From NCBI GenBank assembly GCA_963737195.1, contig CAVTRW010000005.1, positions 159,982 through 223,981 on the forward strand: a stretch of DNA of 64,000 nucleotides, given 5' to 3'. Made by a program: the position numbers and the translations under genes. This DNA is from an uncultured Verrucomicrobiae bacterium (GTDB taxonomy: Bacteria > Verrucomicrobiota > Verrucomicrobiia > Chthoniobacterales > UBA10450). This document shows positions 8,206-18,840 of this stretch, in pieces (the first letter of the stretch is position 1; each line of letters begins with the position of its first letter). The notes below the pieces were generated by a model. It made no database searches, was not told where the DNA came from, and saw only the letters and a list, made by a program, of their open reading frames with translations.

Positions 8206-9678
8206 TTCGCGGCGAAAAAGCTGCGGAATGGCGGAGTGACGATCTGGACGAACGATTGCGGGAAAAATCCGACCGCGAGCAGGGCGGCAACGAGCAGGGT
8301 GATCGGCAACCGCAGCGAGTTGCGCAGATCAACAAGACCACTCCACTTGCTCTCCATTCGTCCCATGAAAACAGCGCGATAAGCGCGCAACATGTAGACG
8401 GCGGAAATCACGACTCCCCAGAGCGCGAGCGTCGTTGCCACTTGGAATGCGTCGAACCGCAACATGTTCGCGCCGCGCCTGAACGCGCCAAAGAAAATCA
8501 ATACTTCCCCGGCAAAATTCGCGAAGCCGGGCAAGCCGATGGCGGCAAACGCCGCGAGTCCGAAAACGAATCCGGCAAAAGGCATCGTCTTCGCGAGTCC
8601 GCCCAGGTCTTCGAAAACGAGTGTGCCCGTGCGGCGGCGCAGTTCACCAGTGATGCCGAAAAGAAGGGCGATCGAAAGTCCGTGCGCGAGCATGAGAATC
8701 GCGGCGCCATAGATCCCGATAATGTTTGCGCTGGCAATACCGAGAAAAATGTAGCCCATGTGCATGACGCTGGAATAACCGAGCATCCAATCGAGCCGTT
8801 TCTGCGCGATCGTGACAAGTCCGACGTAGATGATGTTCCCGAGCAACAGGACGATGAGAAGTTTGTTCCAATATTGCGCGCCGGCCGGCAGCAGTGGAAT
8901 GGCGAGACGCAGCAATCCGTAAAGTCCGAATTTTTTCAACACGCCCGCATGCAGCATCGCGGCCGGCGATGGCGCCGAGGCATATGCTTCCGGCGCCCAC
9001 GTATGAAATGGAAAAAGCGAAATGAGAATTCCGAAACCGATGAGCAACACCAAATAAATGTTTTGTTGTGCGCCGGCGCTGATTTGACCGGCGTTGGCGG
9101 CGGCTTGCAAAACGGCAAAGTCAAAACTGCGCGAGGCTCGCGGGCAAACTGCGATAGAGCAGGATCAAGCCGAGCAACAAAATGAAACTGCCGATCGCGA
9201 GGTAGATCGTGATTTTCCAAGCCGCGGTTTGCCGGTTGCCGGTTCCCCAAATTCCGATGAGCAGGAATGTCGGGATGAGTGCGAGCTCGTGGAACGCATA
9301 AAAGAAGAACAAGTCGATCGAAGCGAAAGCGCCGACTGCGCCCGCGGAAATGAAAAGCAGACAGGAGTAAAACGCGCCTTCGTTGCGTGAGATTTCCGCG
9401 GTGAACCAGATCGCGGCGAATGTGACGATCGCGGTCAGGAGCAGCATGATGAGACTCAAGCCGTCGATGCCGAGGGCAAAGCGCCAGCCCCAATCGGGAT
9501 TGATGGTCCACGCGGTGACGAATTGAAAACCAACAGCGCCTTTATCGAACCGGGAGAGGAGCAGCCCTGCGCCGATCAGCTCGATCGTGGCGGCGACGAT
9601 GGCAGTTCGTCGCGCGGGCGCGCCAAACAAAATCGCGATCGCGGCAACGATGGGGGCAAAAAGGATGAGCAATAGCAT
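8202..9678 (-). pseudogene. nuoM: NADH-quinone oxidoreductase subunit M, frame broken once as sequenced
   Basis: ORFs 9121..9678 (N-terminal 185 aa) and 8202..9110 (C-terminal 302 aa) are colinear with NuoM. The join ...LPASLAQF|DFAVLQAAANAG... requires skipping 1 nt in a T4 run at about 9121-9127. Confidence 0.85.
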
Positions 9679-11475
9679 CAGCGGAAAACGGTGAGGTAAA
9701 TGAGCCAGACAATGCCAAGACCGAAGAGAAAGGCGTAGGCCTGCAGGTTGCCGACCTGAAGGAGACGCAAGAGTGCGCCGGTTCCCCAGGTCGCGCCGCT
9801 CGCACCACGCACAGCGCCTGCATCAATGATCCAGCGATCGCAAAATGCCGCCAGACGCGAAAGAAAACCCTGCGTCCATTCAATCAGCCACTCATAGAAT
9901 TCGTCGAAGTAAAAACGGCGTCGCAAAATCGCGGCGTTGATCGGATCGGTTTCACGCGTGCGGTAGAGATAAAAAGCGAGTCCGCCCCCGAGAAGTAACG
10001 CAGTAATGGCAAGCAATGGGACAACAAAACTGACCGCTTGGTGTTCTGGCAGCGGAAGAAAACGGCGCGCAAAAAAACCAAAGCCGGCGATGAAAGACAT
10101 GAAAGCGAGAACAACCAGCGGAACGGTCATGACGGGCGGCGCTTCATCACAATGCTGAACCGCCTCCATTCGCGGCTTTCCGAAGAAAACAACGAGAACG
10201 AGGCGCATCATGTAGAACGCGGTCAGGAATGCGGTGAAAAGACCGAGCGCGAAAATCGCCGGGTTGCGTTCGTAAGCGATGGCGAGAATTGCGTCTTTGC
10301 TAAAAAATCCGCTGAACCCCGGGAAGCCGGTCAGCGCAAGCGTGCCGACACCGAATGTGAGAAATGTTATCTGCATTCGCCGGGCAAGCGCGCCCATTTT
10401 CCAAATGTTTTGCTCGTGATGCAGCATGATGATGATTGCACCCGCGCCGAGGAAGAGCAGCGCCTTGAAAAACGCGTGCGTGAAAAGGTGAAACATCGCC
10501 GCTTCGCCCGAAGCGAGACCGACGGCGGTAATCATGTAGCCGAGCTGCGAGATGGTGGAGTAGGCGAGAATTTTTTTTATGTCGTCCTGCTGCGTTGCGG
10601 TTAACGCGGCGATGACGGAGCTGATCGTTCCGATCCACGCGATGACGAGGAGCGCCGTCGGCGACAGTTGAATGAGAAAACCGACGCGCACCAGCATGTA
10701 AACACCCGCCGCCACCATCGTCGCGGCGTGGATCAAGGCAGAGATTGGTGTCGGACCCTCCATCGCGTCCGGCAACCAGACGTGCAGCGGAAATTGTGCG
10801 GACTTGCCGACGGCACCGCAAAAAATCAAAAGCGCGGTAACGGTCAGATATCCAGGGTGCGAGGTTAGCTTCGAGATGTTCGACGCGATCTCGGTAAAGA
10901 CGACGGAGCCAGTCGCAGTCCACGCCATCAAAATGCCGAGCATGAAACCGAAATCGCCGATGCGATTGGTGATGAAGGCTTTTTTGGCGGCATCGGCGGC
11001 GGCGTCGCGTTCGAACCAGTGCCCGATCAAAAGATAGGAGGCGACGCCGACCAGCTCCCAGAAGATGAACATCATCACGAAATTGTTCGCCAAGACGATG
11101 CCGAGCATGGCGAACATGAAGAAGGAGAGCGCGGCGAAGTAGCGCGACTGGCCTTTGTCTTCGCGCATATAGCCTAACGAGTAAATATGAATGAGCGCGC
11201 CGACGCCAGTAACCAGAACGAGCATTGTCTTGCTCAGACGATCGAGAACGAAAGCGAACGGAATATCGAGCATCGGCCAAAGATTAATCCAATGCGCCGT
11301 CGCGAGGATTTGAATTTGGATTGGCGAAGAGGATGCAACTTCCGACAAAACAAATGCAGACGGTTGCAACTGAAATCCAACTGCTGATGCGACGCGACCA
11401 ACTCGTGACCAAAACGATCGTAAAAGCCGCCGCGAGCGGCAGAAACAAAACCAGCCACGGCAAGTAATCGATCAT
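9678..11475 (-). pseudogene. nuoL: NADH-quinone oxidoreductase subunit L, frame broken once as sequenced
   Basis: ORF 11284..11475 (MIDYLPWLVLFLPLAAAF..., the NuoL N-terminus) and ORF 9678..11369 overlap in frames offset by 1 nt. The junction lies at about 11309-11330. Confidence 0.85.
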
Positions 11476-11501
11476 GACTGGAATAGATGCCTTCCAACGG
11501 C

Positions 11502-11615
11502 CCGGGGAGCGCGCCCGCCTCGGGCGCTACGCTTGGCGCCCTCGCCGAGCGCCTTCTTCTTCCGGCTTTTCGGCGAGGCGCCGAAAAGTGCGCCCGAGGC
11601 GGGCGCGCTCCCCGG
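11502..11615. repeat. palindromic element family C, copy 1 (CCGGGGAGCGCGCCCGCCTCGGGCGC ... GCGCCCGAGGCGGGCGCGCTCCCCGG)
   Basis: The 26-nt terminal inverted repeat encloses an inner hairpin cttttcggcgaggcgccgaaaag. The element lies between nuoL and nuoK. Confidence 0.85.
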
Positions 11616-11638
11616 ACAATATTGCGTCATGCGTTTCA

Positions 11639-11959
11639 TCAGAATTTCAGACTGTTGATGTCCTCAACGTGAGTGGTTCGGCGCACCCGATATAGCGCGA
11701 CGATGATGGCAAGACCGACTGCCACCTCAGCCGCGGCCACAGTGATGATGAAGAAAACAAAAACCTGCGCGTTGTAGTTTGGCAGGCCGGCGGCATCGAC
11801 GCGAAAGCGCGAGAACGCGACGAGCGAAAGATTGGCCGCGTTCAGCATCAACTCGAGCGACATGAAAATGATGATGAGATTGCGCCGCAGAATGACGCCG
11901 GCAAAGCCGATGGTAAAAAGCAGCCCGCTAACGAGAAGATAATCGCCGAGCGTGACCAT
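11639..11959 (-). CDS. nuoK: NADH-quinone oxidoreductase subunit K
   Basis: The 106-aa three-TM protein has the conserved order and size for NuoK. Confidence 0.9.
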   Translation of the reverse strand: MVTLGDYLLVSGLLFTIGFAGVILRRNLIIIFMSLELMLNAANLSLVAFSRFRVDAAGLPNYNAQVFVFFIITVAAAEVAVGLAIIVALYRVRRTTHVEDINSLKF

Positions 11960-11960
11960 A

Positions 11961-12464
11961 TTATCGCAGCTCGCGTTTGCTCAGGACGATGACGCCGACC
12001 GTCGCCACCAGGACCAGAATTCCGATGATTTGAAATGGCAGATTGTAATGATTGAACAGGAGCAGTCCGACATTGCGAACATCGTCGATTTTGGAAATCG
12101 GCAATCGCGGAAACGGTTGTTCCGCCGCGCGCAACTTGTGCACGACGCAATAGATTTGGAAAAAAAGCGCCAATGAAACCAACGTCCCGCCGATAACGGC
12201 GACGACATTTATCTTGCGACGCTCCTCCGCGCGCAGATCGAGCAGCATGATGATGAAGAGGAACAAGACCATGACTGCGCCGGCGTAAACCAGCACCTGG
12301 ATCACGCCGATGAAAAACGCGTCGAGCATCATGAAAAGCGCCGCCAGGCCGAGAAAGGAAACGACGAGGCTGAGTGCGCTGGCGATTGGGCTGCGATTGA
12401 TGACGACGGCGGCCCCGAATCCGAGCATGGCTAACGAGAAGATCCAAAAAAGGATTGGCTGCAT
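11961..12464 (-). CDS. nuoJ: NADH-quinone oxidoreductase subunit J
   Basis: The 167-aa membrane subunit lies between nuoI and nuoK. Confidence 0.9.
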   Translation of the reverse strand: MQPILFWIFSLAMLGFGAAVVINRSPIASALSLVVSFLGLAALFMMLDAFFIGVIQVLVYAGAVMVLFLFIIMLLDLRAEERRKINVVAVIGGTLVSLALFFQIYCVVHKLRAAEQPFPRLPISKIDDVRNVGLLLFNHYNLPFQIIGILVLVATVGVIVLSKRELR

Positions 12465-12500
12465 AGTTAGCCTAACGATAAATCCAACCGTTCAACGCAG

Positions 12501-12608
12501 GTCATCCTGAACGAAGTGAAGGACCTCACGATGACAGCTTCGATTGTCCGTGACCTTTGCGTGCCCATGCCAAGAGATCGTGAGGTCCCTCGCTGCGCTC
12601 GGGATGAC
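12501..12608. repeat. palindromic element family A, copy 2
   Basis: gtcatcctgaacgaagtgaaggacctcacg ... cgtgaggtccctcgctgcgctcgggatgac, lying between nuoI and nuoJ. Confidence 0.8.
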
Positions 12609-12613
12609 GGTGC

Positions 12614-13144
12614 TCATTTCTTCTCGTTCCATTTCAAGACAACGCCGTGCATGACACCGCCGATTTCGAGAAGTTTTTGTTTGTCGTGCACCATCTCCGC
12701 GCGCGTGAGACCGGTGATGGCGTAATCCTTGCGCAGAAAAATGGCCTGTTCCGGACAGACTTCCTCGCACATCCCGCAGTAGATGCAGCGAATCATGTCG
12801 ATGTCGAATTCGTCTGGATATTTTTCGACTTTGGCGAAACGGTCGGCCGGCGGAATTTCGCCGGGTACGATCTTGATCGCGCGCGGCGGACAAATGAATT
12901 CGCAAAGCTGACACGCGACGCAGCGCACGCGTCCGGATTCATCGCGCACCAGAGCGGGCGCGCCGCGATAATGGTCCGGCATGGCCGAATCCCATTTTTG
13001 CTCGGGATACTGCATCGTCACTTTCGTCCGCCCCAAGAGCATATTTGTGAAATGGCGCAGCGTGATGACCAGACCACTCACGATCGCGGGCAAATAAAGC
13101 CGCTCGAACCACGAAAGTTTTGGGCGCGGGACTGTGATCGCCAT
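12614..13144 (-). CDS. nuoI: NADH-quinone oxidoreductase subunit I (2x[4Fe-4S] ferredoxin-type)
   Basis: Start at MAITVPRPKLSW (13144). Two CxxCxxCxxxCP motifs are present (CVACQLCEFICP, CIYCGMCEEVCP). Confidence 0.9.
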   Translation of the reverse strand: MAITVPRPKLSWFERLYLPAIVSGLVITLRHFTNMLLGRTKVTMQYPEQKWDSAMPDHYRGAPALVRDESGRVRCVACQLCEFICPPRAIKIVPGEIPPADRFAKVEKYPDEFDIDMIRCIYCGMCEEVCPEQAIFLRKDYAITGLTRAEMVHDKQKLLEIGGVMHGVVLKWNEKK

Positions 13145-13146
13145 GT

Positions 13147-13560
13147 TTAATCTTCCGCTACCTCTACCTCTTCCTCTGCTTTGTCTCCGTAGACCGGCAT
13201 TTCCTCCGCAACTCGACATCCAAGCTGATCGAGCATGACGAATAGCATCTTCACGATCTCTTCGAGCTTGGCTTTGCCTTTTTCGATTGCTTTCTGTTCG
13301 CAGCATCCACGCGCGACGAAAAGATCAAGACATGCGGCTGATTCCAATGCTGAGCCGTGCGCGATTTGGAAAAATCGTGCGCGATCTCTTTGCGAAAACT
13401 TGCCATTACCCTCGGCAATATTCAGCGCGATGCTATCTCCAGCTCGTTCGAGCTGGTCGCGCGTTGAAGTCTTCTTTGAAATCGAATCGATGAGAAGTTG
13501 CGACCAAGCGGCAAACTCCAGAGCGCGTTGGTAAACTTTCAGTTTTTCGTGGTGGAACAT
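13147..13560 (-). CDS. four-helix-bundle protein (23S rRNA intervening-sequence protein family)
   Basis: The 137-aa protein reads MFHHEKLKVYQRALEF...DQLERAGDSIALNIAEGNGKFSQRDRARFFQIAHGSALE, the typical family signature. It is inserted between nuoH and nuoI. Confidence 0.8.
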   Translation of the reverse strand: MFHHEKLKVYQRALEFAAWSQLLIDSISKKTSTRDQLERAGDSIALNIAEGNGKFSQRDRARFFQIAHGSALESAACLDLFVARGCCEQKAIEKGKAKLEEIVKMLFVMLDQLGCRVAEEMPVYGDKAEEEVEVAED

Positions 13561-13594
13561 TGGAGATTAGAGGAAGAGGGAGAGGTAGAGGAAG
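13152..13594 (-). repeat. 26-nt inverted repeat pair bracketing the four-helix-bundle ORF (arms 13152-13177 and 13569-13594)
   Basis: cttccgctacctctacctcttcctct pairs with agaggaagagggagaggtagaggaag, with 24 of 26 positions complementary. Confidence 0.75.
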
Positions 13595-13595
13595 A

Positions 13596-14699
13596 TTATT
13601 GAGGAAAGTAAGCGATGATGAGCGCGGCGATGAAAATATTCACGAGCGCGATTTCGAAAAAGAAAACCCAACCGAGTCGCATGAGCTGGTCGTAACGAAA
13701 ACGCGGCAGCGTCCAGCGGACCCAGATAAAGAAGAAAAGCATCGCGATGAGTTTGGCGAAGAAGATTGCGATGTTGAATAGTCCGCCGGCGATGCCACGC
13801 CAGCCTGGAGCCGAGCCGTCGACGAGGACCCAGTGAAATTGACCGTGCCACGAAGGAATCGGCAGATGCCAGCCGCCAAGGAAAAGCGTGACCAGTACGG
13901 CCGAGCCGGTGATCATCGCGGCGTATTCGCCGAGGAAAAATAGACCGAACTTCATCGCGGCATATTCGGTGTGATAACCGCCGGCCAGTTCCTGTTCTGC
14001 TTCCGGCAAATCGAATGGGAGCCGGTTTGTTTCGGCAAAGATGGCGATCATGAAAACGAGAAACGAAATCCACATCGGGATGGTGAGGAGCCACTTCGCC
14101 GGGCTGGTCCAGTCGCCGAGAAACGGTGCGATCATCCAGCCGTGTTCGATCTGATAGCGCACCACACTCGTTAGGCGAAGCTGGCCGACGAGAAGAAAAA
14201 CCGGGATGACGGCCAGGCCTAACGACAGCTCGTAGGAAAGCATTTGCGACGACGAACGCACGCCGCCGAGGAACGGATACTTTGAATTTGATGACCAGCC
14301 GGCGAGCACGATGCCGTACACGCCTAACGAGGCGATGGCGAAAACATAAAGCACGCCGACGTTGATGTCGGCAATGACCATCGGAACGCCGAGTAGCGTG
14401 CTGCCGAACGGCACCACTGCGATCGTCATGATGGCCGGGATCATGGCGAGGCACGGCGCGAGGTAGTAGTAGAACTTGTTTACGTGCGCCGGCGTGAGTT
14501 GTTCTTTCAGCAAAAACTTCATGGCGTCGGCGATCGGTTGAAATAAACCCGCGGGTCCGACGCGATTCGGTCCGAGCCGATCCTGGATAAGCGCGCTTAC
14601 ACGTCGTTCCGCGTACACGCTGTAGGAAACGAGGGGGAGAATGACGACAAAGACGATGCCGATGATTTTGATCAGCGACGTGATGATGAGAAACGACAT
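13596..14699 (-). CDS. nuoH: NADH-quinone oxidoreductase subunit H
   Basis: Start at MSFLIITSLIKIIG (14699). This is the conserved polytopic NuoH/ND1-like protein. Confidence 0.9.
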   Translation of the reverse strand: MSFLIITSLIKIIGIVFVVILPLVSYSVYAERRVSALIQDRLGPNRVGPAGLFQPIADAMKFLLKEQLTPAHVNKFYYYLAPCLAMIPAIMTIAVVPFGSTLLGVPMVIADINVGVLYVFAIASLGVYGIVLAGWSSNSKYPFLGGVRSSSQMLSYELSLGLAVIPVFLLVGQLRLTSVVRYQIEHGWMIAPFLGDWTSPAKWLLTIPMWISFLVFMIAIFAETNRLPFDLPEAEQELAGGYHTEYAAMKFGLFFLGEYAAMITGSAVLVTLFLGGWHLPIPSWHGQFHWVLVDGSAPGWRGIAGGLFNIAIFFAKLIAMLFFFIWVRWTLPRFRYDQLMRLGWVFFFEIALVNIFIAALIIAYFPQ

Positions 14700-14712
14700 G
14701 GGACTCACTCTG

Positions 14713-14789
14713 AGGTAGGGATGCTTCTCCGAAGCGTCCATCGGCCGCGCCGAAGTGAAGTGGGACACCTCGGAGAGGCGTCCCTACCT
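14713..14789. repeat. palindromic element between nuoG and nuoH (aggtagggatgcttctccgaag ... cctcggagaggcgtccctacct)
   Basis: A roughly 22-nt imperfect inverted repeat is separated by about 33 nt. Confidence 0.6.
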
Positions 14790-14808
14790 GTAAATATGCC
14801 CGGGCACA

Positions 14809-16531
14809 TCACTTCGACGCTTTTTCTTTCTCGCGACGTTGCACCTTTTCCTTTGCTGGCTCACCCGATGGCGGGTCCGTTTCCAAATCCAAGATCTGCA
14901 CGCCGAGGTCGCCGATTTTGCTCAAATTGAGCCCGGCGAATTGCGGAATCGCCGCGCTCATTTCGCGAAACACATCTTCAATCGAATAAATGCCGTTCTG
15001 TTCGGTGCAGGCTTGAATCAAGTCGCGCAAAATTTCCCAATCGTCGCGCGCCGCACCGGGGCCAGCGACCGCGCGATTCAATCGCTGCAGCCGACCTTTG
15101 CGATTGATCATCGAACCGCGCTTCTCCGCGAAACCGAACGAAGGGAAAACCGCCGTCGCCAACGGCGTGGATTCGTTCTTCAGAATGTCCATGACAACAA
15201 AAGTGGGAAGCGCTGCGAGTTGTTCCGCAGTTATGCTCGAGCTTGAGTGGATCTTCGCCCAGCGCGATGAGCGCTCTGAGTTCGCCCGAAGCAATGTCAT
15301 GTGCAATTTGCGCAAGCTTCTCACCCGGCTCACTCGTTAGGCCGAGAATCAACTTCGCACCGTTTGTATTTGGATTGCGATCTTCGCTCAGCAGAATTTC
15401 ATCGCCCGGTCCGCTGCGCGGCAAAATGTCGAGCAGTTCGACGCCGAGAAGTTTTGCCAGTCGCGAAGTGAGCCAAAGTTCCTCGTTCGTCATGCGACCG
15501 GAGGCGAGGATCGCAATTTGTCGGCCCGCAAATTGTCGCAATTGCGTCGCGACATCGCGAATGACAGTTTCCCACGGACTCGGCGCGAGCTTGCCGTTAA
15601 TGAACATCTGCGGTTCGAGCAGACGTTCCGGCGCTTCAAGATAACCGAAATTGAGACGGCCGTAGTCGCACATCCAGCAGGAGTTAACGGCATCGTTTTC
15701 GCGCGGCGTCTGGCGGTAGATCACATCCTGGCGCGTGCCGATGAGTGTGTTGCAACCCGTCGCGCAACTGGTGCAGAAACTTTTCGTCTCTTTCAAAAAC
15801 CAGACGCGCATTTTGAAACGGAAATCCGAGGAGGTGAGCGCGCCGACGGGGCAAATGTCGACGGTGTTGAGCGAATAATTATTCTCCAGTCGCTTGCCCG
15901 GATGCGCGGTGAGAACGCTGTGGCTGCCGCGATCGACGAAGCCGAGGACATCATCGTGCACAATCTCCTGGCAGAAGCGAATGCAGCGCGAACACAAAAT
16001 GCAGCGCTCGTCGTCGAGCGTAACGCGCGGACCGAGTTCGACGTTCTTCGGTTTCTTGACCTTGTTTTCGAGAAAGCGCGAGGCCGCGTTCCCGTAGTCG
16101 ACGCTGAACTCCTGTAAACGACATTCACCCGCCTGATCGCATATCGGACAATCGAGCGGGTGATTGATGAGCAAAAACTCCATCACGCCGCGACGACATT
16201 CTTGCGCGAGCGGTGAATCGGTGCGCACGCCCATTCCTTCGGCGACATCCTGCGCGCAACAGATTTGCGGACGCGGCATCCAGTTGATGACCGGTTTACC
16301 GTCTGCGCCGAGCTCCGGTTTGCGATCGGGCCCCATGCGCGGCATGCCCATCTCGATCAAACACATGCGGCAGTTGCCGGGAGAGGTAAGCTTTTTGTGA
16401 TAGCAATAACGCGGCACAAAAAATCCTGCCTGCTCGCACGCCTCGATCACGCGTGTGCCTTTCGGAAATTGATGCCACGTCCCGTTAATCTGGACGTTGA
16501 ACAGTGGCGGAGAAGTTTGCTCGGCCATCAA
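14809..16531 (-). pseudogene. nuoG: NADH-quinone oxidoreductase subunit G, frame broken once as sequenced
   Basis: ORFs 14978..16531 and 14809..15333 carry the N-terminal 2Fe-2S/4Fe-4S Cys clusters. The join ...ALGEDPLKLE|ITAEQLAALPTFVVMD... lies near 15235-15240. Confidence 0.85.
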
Positions 16532-17990
16532 ATTGTTCCGGCTGTGCCGGCTTTTTCCCAGCCGGGATCGCGGGCGAGGGGACGGGTTGGAATTGATGAC
16601 TCCTCGATTAACTCGTTAGGCGTGTATTCGGGTGGGAGTGCTGGAGGTGTAGGCTTGTTAGCGCGCGCGGCAAATTCTTCCGGGAATTTTTCGACGAAAC
16701 TTTGTGTCGGCCACGCACACGCTTCGCCAAAAGCGCAGATGGTGCGGCCGGCGATGTTGTCGGCGACGGTCTTGAGCGTTTTTGGATCCTGCTGAACTCC
16801 GCCGCCGAGCAACATGCGGTCGGTGATTTTTTTCATCCAAAGCGAACCCTCACGACACGGCGTGCACTGGCCGCAACTCTCGTGCGCATAAAATTCGTTG
16901 ATGTTGTTGAGCACCCAAACCATGTCGCGCGAATCGTCGAGCACGATCACGCCACCGGAACCGGCCATCGATCCGGCCGCGGCCAGCGAATCGAAATCGA
17001 GCGGGATTTGGTCGATCGGCATCTCGCGTTCGATTGTTGTGCCGTCGATCTGTTTTTCCTTGAGCTTGAACATTTCATCCGCGCGCAAAACCTTCGCTGA
17101 ACTTCCGCCAGGAATGACCGCCTTGAGTCTCCGTCCCCACCGAATTCCGCCGGCCATGTCGTAGAGGAGTTGGCCCATCGTGACTGCGCCGACCTCAATT
17201 TCGTAATAACCGGGACGCGCGACGTCACCGCTTACGCACACGATACGCGTGCCAGTATTATTCGGTCGGCCGATTTTCGCATAGGCCGCGCCGCCCATCG
17301 CGATGATGTGTTTCACGTGGCAGAGCGTCTCGACGTTGTTCACGATCGTGGGCGACATGTAGAGACCGAGCACGGCCGGAAAATACGGCGGCTTGATCCG
17401 CGGATAGGCGCGCTTGCCCTCGAGCGATTCGATCAGGCCGGTTTCTTCGCCGCAGATGTAGGCCCCGGCGCCACGATGAATATGAATCTCAACATCGAAG
17501 CCGGTACCGAGAATATTTTTCCCGACAAAATTTTTCGCGCGCGCTTCTTCGATTGCGCGTTCGAGGATTTTCGCGCCCTCGGGAAATTCGCCTCTTATAT
17601 ATATGTACGCGATGTGCGCGTTCAGCGCGAAGCATGAAATCAGAATTCCCTCCAGCAGTTGGTGTGGATCTTCATGGATGATGTAACGATCCTTGAATGT
17701 GCCTGGCTCGGATTCGTCGGCGTTGCAGATCAGGTAGACGGGCTTTTTCTCGTCGGGTTTGATGAATCCCCATTTCACACCGCAGGGAAAACCGGCACCG
17801 CCGCGTCCGCGCAGCCCGGAGATTTTGACTTCGTTGACGATGTCGGACGCGCGCCATCGTCACTGCTTTCTTCAGTTGGTCGTATCCGCCAGCCTTCAGG
17901 TAGCAATCGATGTCGATCGTCCAGTTTTCGCGGCCGATATTTTCGAAGATTAGTCGACGTTCGAGTGGATGAGGGCGACGAGTTGGGTTT
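16528..17990 (-). pseudogene. nuoF: NADH-quinone oxidoreductase subunit F, 5' region frame-disrupted; 5' end approximate
   Basis: The main ORF 16528..17778 begins inside the conserved GLRGRGGAGFPxGxKW motif. The preceding residues (...PHPLERRLIFENIGRENWTIDIDCYLKAGGYDQLKKAVTMA) lie in another frame with no ATG/GTG/TTG start. Confidence 0.8.
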
Positions 17991-18566
17991 CCAAGGAGCG
18001 GCGGTTTCCAAACCGCCGTTTGTCTCAGTTCGGCGATCTGGAGATCGGCGCTCCTTGAGCAGCTCCGAAGCAGCTACCGACCGTGCATTTTCCACGAGCT
18101 CGTCTTCGATCATGCAAACCGGTGCGGTCCCGCAGCTCGCGAGGCATTCGACAAATTCAATGCTGTAATTTCCTTCGGCGCTCACTGTCACCGGCGTGTG
18201 CGTTCCATTCGCGTCGACGTGGCGCTCGATACCCGTCGCGGCGCAAAGATCATCCATCAGCTCGTAACTTCCGGCCATCGCGCAGCTCAACGTGCGGCAG
18301 ACCCGAATATGTTTCTTCCCCGCCGGCGCCTGGCGAAGCATGGGATAGAACGTGACCAGTTCTAGAATGTTGATCGGTTGCAACTCCAGCTTCGCCGCGA
18401 TCCACCTGACGCCTTCATCGCTAATGAAACCGAAATGTTCCTGCCATAAATGCAAAAGCGGCAGGGCCGCACTGCGTTTGTGTTCGGACGGATAATGCCC
18501 GATGGCGTCATCCATTTTTCGCTCCAACTCGGGCGGAAGACGCGTGCTCGTCGAGTCCACAGACAA
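17775..18566 (-). CDS. nuoE: NADH-quinone oxidoreductase subunit E; true 3' end unresolved
   Basis: The 2Fe-2S motifs are CRTLSC ... CLASCGTAP. The ORF has no stop near the expected end (about 18010-18050) and reads on out of frame through the nuoF 5' region. Confidence 0.8.
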   Translation of the reverse strand: MSVDSTSTRLPPELERKMDDAIGHYPSEHKRSAALPLLHLWQEHFGFISDEGVRWIAAKLELQPINILELVTFYPMLRQAPAGKKHIRVCRTLSCAMAGSYELMDDLCAATGIERHVDANGTHTPVTVSAEGNYSIEFVECLASCGTAPVCMIEDELVENARSVAASELLKERRSPDRRTETNGGLETAAPWKPNSSPSSTRTSTNLRKYRPRKLDDRHRLLPEGWRIRPTEESSDDGARPTSSTKSKSPGCADAAVPVFPAV

Positions 18567-18567
18567 G

Positions 18568-18840
18568 CTATTTTGTGAGCGTGCTCTCTTTCGATTGCAC
18601 TTTGTCGTCTTTGAAAACGACCGTCACCGTGTCGCTGCCCTGCCTGTAGGTGTAGGTCGTTTTCTTCAATAGAATAAGATCCGTCGTATCGATCGCCGTC
18701 GGTGGGCCAAGAATGGATTCGACCTGCTTCTTCGCCATTCCCTCTGTGACCTGGTCGACGTTTGCTTTCGTTAGGCGCGGACCGATGTGGCATCCGCCTA
18801 ACATCAGCGCGGCCGTAATAGCGATTGTGGTCAACTTCAT
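18568..18840 (-). CDS. small lipoprotein (SmpA/OmlA-BamE-like), paralog 1
   Basis: Signal peptide plus lipobox LMLGGC. The protein resembles the adjacent gene (L/KANVDQVTEGM.K.QVE.ILGPPT...KKTTY.Y). Confidence 0.55.
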   Translation of the reverse strand: MKLTTIAITAALMLGGCHIGPRLTKANVDQVTEGMAKKQVESILGPPTAIDTTDLILLKKTTYTYRQGSDTVTVVFKDDKVQSKESTLTK

